DNA from: Candidatus Thorarchaeota archaeon
GTDB taxonomy: Archaea; Asgardarchaeota; Thorarchaeia; Thorarchaeales; Thorarchaeaceae
Reading direction: 5' to 3'
NCBI GenBank assembly: GCA_029855935.1
Contig: JAGSHN010000004.1
Span: 118,022 to 182,021 of the forward strand
Length of the DNA: 64,000 nucleotides
In this document: positions 20,865 through 29,637 of the stretch, one piece after another
How the letters are laid out: each line of letters starts with the position of its first letter
Numbering within the stretch: position 1 is the stretch's first letter
Notes under the pieces: model-generated
Told to the model about the DNA's origin: nothing
Database searches by the model: none
What the model saw: only the letters and a program-made list of their open reading frames with translations
Position numbers and translations under genes: made by a program

Positions 20865-22661
20865 CTGAGATCCATACCGGAACGGATGACCATTTTTCCA
20901 CAGTAAATCTCCAAAGGTTTCCGATTGAGAAGTGCGACCTGACAGAGCCTGCTGCAGCAGGCGGTCTACTGCCAAGAGCGGCCCTTCGATGCTCTTCACA
21001 TCCCATCGCTGTGCCATCAGGTTCATTGCACCATATCGGGCCCATTGCGATGGCGGTTTCAGGCCAGATTTGAGATCATATATCGTGCCCGTACCGGCAA
21101 AGTGAAGACGACCATTGTCATATCGACGCAAGATCTCAACTACTTCCGATACTATTCGCCAAGATTGAGCAGGTCTTGGTCGTGAGAGAACTACGATGAG
21201 ATCCATCAGGGCAATTGCGGACTCATCGATGCCGTGGTCGCACTGCCATCTTGAGATTAGGGCTGCAGCAGAGGAACTATGGCAGGTCTGTATGCACCGG
21301 AGCCCCGCCATTAGTGAGGCAAATAGAGATGCACTATGTTCCCTAGTTTGTATCTCCCCAAGGATGACATAGTCTGGAGACCTGTGAAGCGTCTTAACAA
21401 TCTCATCGGACTTTGAGAGCGTAGTCGTTACTTCATCTACAGAGTCGACACTGAATCTCAGTTGGTGGGTCCCAGGCTGTACTCTACTCTCAATAGTATC
21501 CTCAATATAGATTCTGCGCCATCTGGTGGGTGAGCACATGTCCAAGGCGTTAAGCAGCGTCGTCTTTCCAGATCCTGGTTCCCCCACAATTGTAATGTTC
21601 ATCCGAGACGCGTGTGCAAGAAGTAAGAGTGCTGCAACTGTGGTTGACATTGTGCCGTTCCGAATAAGGCTGAGTAACGTTAGTGGCCGCAGGCGCGCAC
21701 GTCTGATTTCGAGATGTAGGCCATCTGGGCTCAGGGGTCTGATTGTGGCGGAGAAACGTAGTGGTACTCCAGCAATCGAGAAACTGGTCTTCAGAGACGG
21801 ATTGTGGCGGTCGAGATGACTGTTACTTTCGAGACGGAGGAGCGTTTCGATTCGGGATGCCGTGTCCTCATCTACTACGATGGATGTTCTTACTCGACCA
21901 AAGAGATGGTGATCAAAGTAGACTGGAAACTTCGGTCGATCTAGGAATACGTCTTCCACGAACTCGTCCAGAATTAGCGGGACAAGGGGACCGAACACGT
22001 ACGCGTTGTGAGCAACGATGAATGCAATCACTGATCTAGTCGCCGTGTCAATCTCAGGGAGGTCATTGGCGATTCGTTGTGTAACTGCCTCCTGGAGGGA
22101 GGAAACACGGTCCATGTAGGCGGTCCTAGACGTGGGCGTGGGACGATTCGTCGCATACTCGGATAAGAGGCTCGAGAGAACCTCTGCCTCAAGGGCGGAT
22201 CTTAGGCGAGGCACTGCTCTATAAGTCAAATCGGGGATGGTAGCGAGATTGTCGCGGTCAGTATCGGCGGGTAGGTCAGCTCTCGCCGTCGTATGATCTT
22301 GTGAAGAAGGAAATCTAAAGAACAGAGCCAAATAGGGGCCCACGGTGTAGGCATACAGAACAGCCTGCATCATCTGCATGATTTCCTTTCCAACGAATAT
22401 GGTATTCCACTCTGAACTGTCCCAAGGCGGTGAGGAGGGGACACTGTGCTGCGAGCGCGGGATACTCAACAACCCCTGTGCTTTTTGGCCGATAATGACC
22501 GCCTTATGTTGTGTTAAGGCGTCGACTAAGATTTGACACTCTGCGGGCCCAAGACGGTGGGAGCATCTCTGGCAGTCGCGCTTTGAACATTCAAGAAGAA
22601 GAGCTCTAGGAACGCGTCGAAACTGTACCGTGAAGATCCTGTCCTTGTCGGATATGGTCAC
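20835..22661 (-). CDS. VirB11/TadA(CpaF)-type secretion/pilus assembly ATPase
   Basis: D..VEDVF, GEPGSGKTT, YIEDTIE, HRSPDYVILGEIQ, QTCH; Cys-rich N-terminus. Confidence 0.88.
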   Translation of the reverse strand: MTISDKDRIFTVQFRRVPRALLLECSKRDCQRCSHRLGPAECQILVDALTQHKAVIIGQKAQGLLSIPRSQHSVPSSPPWDSSEWNTIFVGKEIMQMMQAVLYAYTVGPYLALFFRFPSSQDHTTARADLPADTDRDNLATIPDLTYRAVPRLRSALEAEVLSSLLSEYATNRPTPTSRTAYMDRVSSLQEAVTQRIANDLPEIDTATRSVIAFIVAHNAYVFGPLVPLILDEFVEDVFLDRPKFPVYFDHHLFGRVRTSIVVDEDTASRIETLLRLESNSHLDRHNPSLKTSFSIAGVPLRFSATIRPLSPDGLHLEIRRARLRPLTLLSLIRNGTMSTTVAALLLLAHASRMNITIVGEPGSGKTTLLNALDMCSPTRWRRIYIEDTIESRVQPGTHQLRFSVDSVDEVTTTLSKSDEIVKTLHRSPDYVILGEIQTREHSASLFASLMAGLRCIQTCHSSSAAALISRWQCDHGIDESAIALMDLIVVLSRPRPAQSWRIVSEVVEILRRYDNGRLHFAGTGTIYDLKSGLKPPSQWARYGAMNLMAQRWDVKSIEGPLLAVDRLLQQALSGRTSQSETFGDLLWKNGHPFRYGSQSDDGNVELP

Positions 22662-22885
22662 TATTGGTCACCTTTGCAGGTTCACAAGGCGTTGACTTCT
22701 ATGTAGGGGTGGCAGCATGAGATGGACTGTTCTCTATCGAGCAATCTTGTGGCCCCCTAATAACCTCGTAGTGTGCAGATGTAGAAGATGACACATCACT
22801 TGGGAGAACGGACGCGGAGCTGAAATGCTTTTGAGCGATTCACTGCGATATTCTTTAATACTCAGGGTAAGTGCCTGATTCTTGA

Positions 22886-22980
22886 GCGGCCGTGGTCTAG
22901 CATGGTTAGGACGGAAGCCTCCCAAGCTTCCAACCCGAGACGGCATTGCCGCGGGAGTTCAAATCCCGGCGGCCGCACCA
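22886..22980 (+). tRNA. tRNA-Gly(CCC) with T-arm intron (53/54; 22940-22957)
   Basis: Acceptor GCGGCCG/CGGCCGC-ACCA; anticodon arm GAAGC-CT-CCC-AA-GCTTC; BHB CCCG-AGA / CGGG-AGT. Confidence 0.88.
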
Positions 22981-23210
22981 TCCATTCCCATCCTATCTGT
23001 GATAGTCATACTTATTGGTGGATTGTATAACAGACAAGAATGGCGAGTGATGACAGAAATGACCCCAATGAGTCGATTTGGACAATGATTGGGATCTTGA
23101 GTGAGGAGCTCGCCACTAATATTTTCGGTCACCCCTGACTCCTATGTCCGATTAATAGTACAGCCACAAACTCTTTTAAGCCCACAAAAGAAGTGTCGGA
23201 ATGGTTCGTG

Positions 23211-24419
23211 ATGCCGAGCGGATATATGAACTATATTGAAGATGAGTTGAACAAAGAGTCTGTATTCAAAGCGGAACATGTTCTTTCGATAGACTATGTC
23301 CCAAGAAATTTGCCCCATCGCGGACGAGAGATGCAGATACTTGCGCAGGGTTTCAAATCGTTAATCACGGCACCAGGCCAGACGAGCCCGAGATTCATCA
23401 TAGAGGGGCCAGTTGGAACTGGAAAGACTGCAGTGGCGAAGTTGCTCACTGAACAGATAGTGGAGGCAGCACAACGACGCGGGATCAACCTATACAAGAT
23501 TCATATCAACTGTAGAGTCAGCAAGACGATGTATTTGGTCTATCTGCGTATGCTCCGCGAGTTCAAACCAAGGTTCCCACGGAGAGGACACTCTCCACAC
23601 GAGCTATTGCAGGTACTTGTAGATGTTCTAGACGAGAGAGATTGCTATCTCCTCGTTGTTCTTGATGAGTTAGACTACTTCATCCGTCACAATGGGGCAG
23701 ATATAATCTATGATCTGACTAGGCTGATGGATGACCGTCTCAATGCACCACAGCGTCTTTCTTTCATCGGGATTGGCAGGGAAATCTCTCTCGATAGAGG
23801 CCTACTCGACGCGAGTACGACGAGTACACTCCAGAGGAACATCTTGCACTTTCAGAAGTATAGCGCGCCTGAGTTGTATGATATTCTGAAGGAGCGTGTT
23901 GATGAGGCATTCATCGAGAATGCTGTACTCGATGAAACAATTCAGCTGATATGTGACATCGCAGCGCAGCATGGAGACGCCCGTTATGCGATAGAACTCC
24001 TGTGGCGGGCAGGAAAGCAGGCAGACAGAGAGGGAGCTCGTGTGGTAATCCCGGACTTTGTGCGTCAGGCCAAGGCAGACACACATCCTGAGTTGCGTAA
24101 AGAGGTCTTCTTGACTCTGCCTATGCATAATCGACTCCTGTTACTCGCTATTGCGCGTTGTCTCAAAGATAACAGAGAGGCGTATGTCACTATGGGAGAG
24201 GTCGAGAGAATATATCATTCGGTCTGTGAAGAGTACGGAGAAGCACCACGTGCGCACACCCAAGTCTGGGAGTGGATTCAGGACCTATCTGCTCACGGGG
24301 TTATCGATGCAAAAAGATCGGGTGCCGGCCATCGGGGTCAGACTACGCTAATTGGAGTGTCAGATGTACCTGCCGAGATGTTGGAACGGTTTCTGCTGGA
24401 CATGATTGAAACAACGTGA
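23211..24419 (+). CDS. cdc6: Orc1/Cdc6 replication initiator
   Basis: DYVP..LPHR, GPVGTGKT, HINC, VVLDELD, GDAR.AI, C-terminal wHTH ending G.RGQTT. Confidence 0.95.
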   Translation: MPSGYMNYIEDELNKESVFKAEHVLSIDYVPRNLPHRGREMQILAQGFKSLITAPGQTSPRFIIEGPVGTGKTAVAKLLTEQIVEAAQRRGINLYKIHINCRVSKTMYLVYLRMLREFKPRFPRRGHSPHELLQVLVDVLDERDCYLLVVLDELDYFIRHNGADIIYDLTRLMDDRLNAPQRLSFIGIGREISLDRGLLDASTTSTLQRNILHFQKYSAPELYDILKERVDEAFIENAVLDETIQLICDIAAQHGDARYAIELLWRAGKQADREGARVVIPDFVRQAKADTHPELRKEVFLTLPMHNRLLLLAIARCLKDNREAYVTMGEVERIYHSVCEEYGEAPRAHTQVWEWIQDLSAHGVIDAKRSGAGHRGQTTLIGVSDVPAEMLERFLLDMIETT

Positions 24420-24420
24420 G

Positions 24421-24720
24421 ATGATAGGAATGCGTACTGCGTCAACGCCACAAATACCCATTGAAGAAATGTTCTCTTCTCGTGGGCGAGTCAGAATTCT
24501 CAAGGAGCTTGCAATGGCGGAGGAGCTCAATATATCGGAGGTATGCCGGCGCACTGGACTCAACCACAGTACGACCAAGGCACATCTGCGGGTCCTAATA
24601 GCATCCGGCCTCATTGAGGAGAAGACTTTCGGACGGATAAGGATATACCGCTATAGGATTGAGGACATAAGAGCGCGCTCACTAAGAAATCTCTTTCAGC
24701 TCTGGGAGTCGGGAGCGTAG
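24421..24720 (+). CDS. ArsR-like winged-helix protein downstream of cdc6
   Basis: FSSRGRVRIL..ELNISEV.RRTGLNH....HL..L...GLI.EK.FGRIR. Confidence 0.8.
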   Translation: MIGMRTASTPQIPIEEMFSSRGRVRILKELAMAEELNISEVCRRTGLNHSTTKAHLRVLIASGLIEEKTFGRIRIYRYRIEDIRARSLRNLFQLWESGA

Positions 24721-24726
24721 ACGCCG

Positions 24727-25581
24727 ATGGAATATCTAGCACGTCTGTTCTATATTGGAGACCAGTTTCACGGATCGCAGGCACAACCAGGGCTAAGGAC
24801 CGTTCAGGGAGAACTCATTCATGCCATCCAACAGTGGAGTGGAGAGGAACATTCAACTGCGACTGTTCGATTGTCAGGCAGAACAGATAGAGGAGTCCAT
24901 AGTATCGGCCAAATAGTGTCAATCACTACTGGGAGCTCATTCGACATCAATGGCATAAACAAACGTCTGCCCCGAGACATATGCCTCTGGGCGCACACAA
25001 GGGCTCCAGACGGGTTTGATCCAAGACGCGATGTTCTGATGCGGCACTATAGATATGTCCTGACTGAGGGAGAAGAAACGAACATAGGATTGATGCGAGA
25101 GGCTGCACAGATAATCGCCGGGTTCCACGACTTTGTGTGTCTTTCTAAGCGAGACGGCGACAGACCTACGGTCACAACCTTGTTGAACATTGCTATCTCC
25201 CAACACGACGACGTGACTGTTGTCGATGCCTTTGGGTCGAGTTTTCTTTGGAAACTTGTCCGCAAGATCGTGACGCTGCTATACTGGGTTGGAATTGCCT
25301 CAAGTAGCCTTGAAAACGTCCGCGCAATATTGGAACAAGGGCAGTGCCCCAGTGGAGGAATCCGACCAGCCCCTCCGGAGGCCTTATTCCTTGTAGAAGT
25401 CATAGTGCCATTCCAGCTCATCCCTAACAAATATGCTCTGAAACGTGTCAGAAAGACCCTTGCGTCGAAATTGTCGTTTCTAAGAAGGTCGTATCATGCA
25501 ATGAGAGCTATTTTCGCTTCAGAAGTAATGAGAACAGGTCCTCTTTCAAACCAAGCCAATTCCGAATCTCTTTGGCCATAG
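24727..25581 (+). CDS. truA: tRNA pseudouridine(38-40) synthase
   Basis: FHGSQ.QP..RTVQG, SGRTDRGVH, HDF, SFLW..VRKI, PAPPE.L.L. Confidence 0.92.
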   Translation: MEYLARLFYIGDQFHGSQAQPGLRTVQGELIHAIQQWSGEEHSTATVRLSGRTDRGVHSIGQIVSITTGSSFDINGINKRLPRDICLWAHTRAPDGFDPRRDVLMRHYRYVLTEGEETNIGLMREAAQIIAGFHDFVCLSKRDGDRPTVTTLLNIAISQHDDVTVVDAFGSSFLWKLVRKIVTLLYWVGIASSSLENVRAILEQGQCPSGGIRPAPPEALFLVEVIVPFQLIPNKYALKRVRKTLASKLSFLRRSYHAMRAIFASEVMRTGPLSNQANSESLWP

Positions 25582-26719
25582 AATCAGATGCCTGTGACAG
25601 GAACTGCAGCGTGTGCCAATAGACGTGCTGAATACGATATCGTGAGATGCCACTGATTCTTGCGATTTTTGAGAGGAGTGCCACCCGCTTCTCACCAATC
25701 TTATTACCTTTCCATACTAGCAGAGGCAGCGAGGGTCGGGAGTACCTAGACTTTCGAAATGGGGTTTTCGTTCGGCTCTGCGTGAGGCCAGTTCCTAGAA
25801 GGTCGTAGAAATATGACAGTAATTTCCATGTCTGTCCGCGCGTAATTCGTCCGAGGACCAAATCCGCAAGGGAGAATGCCTCATATCCTACATCAAGCTC
25901 CGAGCTTGCCTGGAGATGGAGGGGACAGTTCTCCTCGACCCAAAGGAGAACCTGCTCATAATCTACATCTGTATTGGAGAGGATTCGACGCGCCACTGAT
26001 GGATCGACGCTCGAGAATAGGCGAGGAAGCATCTCTGTTATAGGCCATAACGTATCACGAGGGGCCGGAGCGCTCGACACGGATCCTAGGGTTCCGGATG
26101 CAATTGCCTCTAGGTCGGATATTGCTGCACGGAGGTCACCGCTTGCTCGCTCAGCAATACTGCTAAGAGACTCCTCAGACAACTCTATCCGCTCAGCGCG
26201 ACAGATTCGTTTCAACACTTCAATGATGTCACTGTGGCTGACTGGTGAGAAAGAGAGGAGCTTGCACTTCCTGACAACATCCTTCATTCTGTCATCGTCG
26301 GCGCTATTGGCAGTCATGACAATTGGATACGCTGTTTCGTCAACCAGTTTTAGGATCGAGCGGAGCCCCCCACGGTCTCCTGCCCCTGATAGACCATCGA
26401 CTTCATCAAGCAGGATTATCCGCATTCGCCCGTCCAGCGTTCCTTGTGTTGCAGAGCGCCGTATCAGAGTGTCAACCACTTCTCGGTTCCGTTGGTCACT
26501 GGCGTTGAACTCCACAAGTTCGGCATCCAGAGCGTTGGCGATAGCGTGAACAGATGCGGTCTTCCCCACACCGGGAGGACCGACAAGTAATATCGCTCTC
26601 TTCCTAGGAGGGGACGACACCCACTGTCGTAGCCAATCCTCCAATTCTTTTCGAGCGGTACCGTTACCCACCAGTTGCGCGGGGTTTCTGGGACGATACT
26701 TTTCCGTCCATGGAACCAT
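25508..26719 (-). CDS. rfcL: Replication factor C large subunit
   Basis: PWTEKYRP, GPPGVGKT, EFNASDQR, DEVDG, GDLRAAI. Confidence 0.93.
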   Translation of the reverse strand: MVPWTEKYRPRNPAQLVGNGTARKELEDWLRQWVSSPPRKRAILLVGPPGVGKTASVHAIANALDAELVEFNASDQRNREVVDTLIRRSATQGTLDGRMRIILLDEVDGLSGAGDRGGLRSILKLVDETAYPIVMTANSADDDRMKDVVRKCKLLSFSPVSHSDIIEVLKRICRAERIELSEESLSSIAERASGDLRAAISDLEAIASGTLGSVSSAPAPRDTLWPITEMLPRLFSSVDPSVARRILSNTDVDYEQVLLWVEENCPLHLQASSELDVGYEAFSLADLVLGRITRGQTWKLLSYFYDLLGTGLTQSRTKTPFRKSRYSRPSLPLLVWKGNKIGEKRVALLSKIARISGISRYRIQHVYWHTLQFLSQASDSMAKEIRNWLGLKEDLFSLLLKRK

Positions 26720-26725
26720 CCGTCA

Positions 26726-27682
26726 TCACGCCCGGTTTCCCGCCGACTGACGAAGTGCACTCAAGAGCGCAGTGAGTTGTATCTCTCCATTGGACCCCTC
26801 TGTGATTCGGAATTCGGTGTCAGCAATACTCTGAAGTGTGTCGATAGAAACAGTATCCACCACATTTCTCAGCTCCTTGTGAATCTGTCGCACAAGGTCA
26901 AGCGGTGCCACTCCAACTTCAAGAAGAAGATGACGCATCGTATTAGTGGCTTGTTCGGTTTCGCCGCGGAGAGCGCTCCACAGCATATTTCGAATAGTTT
27001 CGGGGCTGGCTCGACCAGAGATTGAGAAGACAATGTTGTCATCGATAGGACGCCCTGTAGCCGATGCGCCCTGTAGAAGATTGATTGCAGCCCGCATGTC
27101 CCCCTCGGCCAAGTAGAGGATTGCATCTAGTCCGTCATTCTTTATTGGAACGCCCTCCTTCTTGGCAATGTACCTTAGGCGTTGTCCTATCACATCATCA
27201 CTCAATCGGGAGAACCTGAAAATTGTGCATCGGGATTGGAGTGGAGGAATAATGCGACTTGAATAGTTACAGATGAGAATCATTCTGCAAGATGATGCAT
27301 AGGATTCCATAGTTCGACGAAGTGCGTGTTGTGCATCGGCTGTGAGATGGTCCGCTTCATCTAGGACAAGAATCTTGAACGGCGCTCCACCAGCCGGCAT
27401 GGACCTAGCAAACATCTTTACTTGATTCCGCACGACATCAATACCACGTTCGTCACTTGCATTCAATTCCATAAAGTTCTGCTCGAAAGAGGACTGAAAC
27501 AGATCCCGCGCCATGGCCATTGCAGCGGTTGTCTTGCTTGTGCCAGGTGGTCCGCTGAACAAACAGTGAGGGACTCTACGTTCCTCTACGAAACGCATTA
27601 GACTCTCAACTATCGCATCCTGCCCAACTATCTCGCTAAGAGTCTTGGGCCTGTATTTCTCTGTCCATAGGCCGTTTTCCAT
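26726..27682 (-). CDS. rfcS: Replication factor C small subunit
   Basis: WTEKYRP, ELNASDERGID, DEADHL, ALRRTME, LQSRC. Confidence 0.95.
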   Translation of the reverse strand: MENGLWTEKYRPKTLSEIVGQDAIVESLMRFVEERRVPHCLFSGPPGTSKTTAAMAMARDLFQSSFEQNFMELNASDERGIDVVRNQVKMFARSMPAGGAPFKILVLDEADHLTADAQHALRRTMESYASSCRMILICNYSSRIIPPLQSRCTIFRFSRLSDDVIGQRLRYIAKKEGVPIKNDGLDAILYLAEGDMRAAINLLQGASATGRPIDDNIVFSISGRASPETIRNMLWSALRGETEQATNTMRHLLLEVGVAPLDLVRQIHKELRNVVDTVSIDTLQSIADTEFRITEGSNGEIQLTALLSALRQSAGNRA

Positions 27683-27735
27683 TAGGCAGTCCCACCATTT
27701 ATGGAACGTCTAGGTCTTCTGGGTGGAGGTTGAAC

Positions 27736-28857
27736 TTAAAGTTGGTGTGCCGAGGAGTCATTGGAGGCAGCTATGGGGGACATGACTATTCGTTTGATGA
27801 TGCCATAGTGATCGCGAATACTGTACTCGGCAACACCTGTTGCAAGCGACGTGAGCTTTTGCGTTAGGATGGGCCTTCGACTATACTCTGCTGCGATTAG
27901 TTGATCAGCCGCGTACGCGGCTGATGCGGCGAATATGAAGGGATTGCGACCTCCTCTCTTCGAGGACGGTATTCTCCTGATGAGACGGAGAGTCTGATCA
28001 CGAAGTAGAGTTTCATATTTCGAGGGATCCCACCCACGCGAAACAGTCTTCTCATGGACTTGCGAATTCTTCATCAACATGGACACGATACGTGGGACAT
28101 AGTCCGCAGGGTCCCTGGCGGAGGGGATGCGACCAGTGAGACTCCGCAGGGTCAATAATTGACGAACGATAGCCCGAACACTAACACGATGACCACATCG
28201 CGCAAACACATCAGCAATTTCATCAAGAGTGATTGGAGCGTCTTCTCCGAATTCGCGCACCGCCAATAGGAGACACACTGCCACAAGTAGTATATTATTG
28301 TTGGAAACAGATGCGTGAGCCTCGGATAGTATCTTCTTGTAGAGATACGCTGCACGATCACGCACCTGCGTGCTCACCATCAATAGTCTGGACACGCGGT
28401 TCAACGTCCGTAGTGCGCGATATTGTGTTTCGTTAGTTCCAATCCGGGCCCTGGTCCCGTATATTGTCTTAAGGCGGTGAAACCGCCGTTGATTCATACC
28501 ACTAAGTGCGTGCCCACGAGCGTCTCTGAGAAAGCGAGCTCGGTGGAATCCGATGTAGCTACCCATTCCGTCTACGATATGAAGACGATTTCCAAGCGAA
28601 ACGTAGACGCTGCTGTCCGAATGGTGCGCTTCCGATTCCTTTAGCATGTGGTAAGAGGGGGAAACGTAGGCTCGCGAAACTACGAGCCCGCATGCGGTGC
28701 ACACGATGAATCCACGGCTGCTAGTCAGCAACCCACCGCACTCAGGGCATTGTTGAATTATGTCGTGTCTGATCTCTTCCTCGGTCAATGACCACACCCG
28801 AGGAAGAGGTGTGATCTTAGCTGCTAACTGAGTTTCACACACGTTCTGTCTGTTCAA
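27736..28857 (-). CDS. Divergent TFIIB/TFB paralog
   Basis: Zn ribbon CPECGG..CTACG, two cyclin-like repeats, GRNP...AA and TQ...ATGVAEYSIR HTH; start uncertain. Confidence 0.75.
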   Translation of the reverse strand: MNRQNVCETQLAAKITPLPRVWSLTEEEIRHDIIQQCPECGGLLTSSRGFIVCTACGLVVSRAYVSPSYHMLKESEAHHSDSSVYVSLGNRLHIVDGMGSYIGFHRARFLRDARGHALSGMNQRRFHRLKTIYGTRARIGTNETQYRALRTLNRVSRLLMVSTQVRDRAAYLYKKILSEAHASVSNNNILLVAVCLLLAVREFGEDAPITLDEIADVFARCGHRVSVRAIVRQLLTLRSLTGRIPSARDPADYVPRIVSMLMKNSQVHEKTVSRGWDPSKYETLLRDQTLRLIRRIPSSKRGGRNPFIFAASAAYAADQLIAAEYSRRPILTQKLTSLATGVAEYSIRDHYGIIKRIVMSPIAASNDSSAHQL

Positions 28858-29046
28858 CTGTGCAGAGTGTCCATCCTATCGTATCACTCCGGCGCTAGAT
28901 AGGATGGACGTTACGTGCTCTGAGGGCGAGGAGCAGAGTAGAGCGAAAGTATTCCCAGTGGATGAGGCAATGGACCTTGTAGGAGCTTATAACACACCAA
29001 CCAAGGGGGAGTATGAGTCAGTACCTCAACACGGTGCGTGGATGTC

Positions 29047-29253
29047 ATGAAACGAGATGAAACGTTAATCCGAAACAAGAGAGGTGGCCCTCTGGTTGAA
29101 GAGAGCCTGCTCCTTGGTCTTGCAGTTGTCACTGTTTCTATTGTCATAGCCGTAATACTGCAAGCAACGGGGTGGGCACAAGAGGTCATCAATAATTTAA
29201 TCGGAGTCCTTCAGAGTAGCTGGGACGGTCTGACACAGCTATTCACGCCCTAG
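29047..29253 (+). CDS. Flp/type IV pilin-like peptide with class III signal peptide
   Basis: ..RNKRG|GPLVEESLLLGLAVVTV: basic leader, G at -1, E at +5, hydrophobic N-helix; 68 aa. Confidence 0.65.
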   Translation: MKRDETLIRNKRGGPLVEESLLLGLAVVTVSIVIAVILQATGWAQEVINNLIGVLQSSWDGLTQLFTP

Positions 29254-29377
29254 TCTCGACCTTCACATATCTCCCTTGCCTGAAACCTTTATTCCCACTG
29301 CTCAGGAATCAAGGATCAAGGGAAACCCTTATCTGGCCTTATAGAGGGGCCTAGGTCGCTCCGGGCTGGTGTCGACG

Positions 29378-29489
29378 GCCCCGGTAGAGTCTTCACGAAT
29401 ACACATCGTGAGGCCACCGAGTGTAGTCCGGCCCAGCATAGGGGACTCTCGATCCCCTGACCCGGGTTCAAATCCCGGCCGGGGCACCA
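29378..29489 (+). tRNA. tRNA-Glu(CTC) with intron at 10/11 (29388-29421)
   Basis: Acceptor GCCCCGG/CCGGGGC-ACCA; anticodon arm GGGGA-CT-CTC-GA-TCCCC; BHB CGGT-AGA / ACCG-AGT. Confidence 0.88.
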
Positions 29490-29637
29490 TCGTTCTCTTA
29501 TTCTGAGTTTAACCATGAAGTGATTGAATCCTTTGGAGGTTCCAAGGCCAACCAAATCCGTGTGGGCCTTAAATTAAGTCTAGTTGGACTAACTGCCGGA
29601 ACATCAGGAACAGGTTTAGACTTGTGGTGATACATCA

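Noticed and set aside
13178-22980. Integrated conjugative element ending at tRNA-Gly
   Set aside because: No integrase, relaxase or duplicated tRNA 3' end seen, and core genes (GINS, rpo8) are interleaved.
22981-23210. Expected origin directly upstream of cdc6
   Set aside because: No ORB-like TCCA..GAAA..GGGG element seen; better candidates are at 36.8 and 39.9-40.1 kb.
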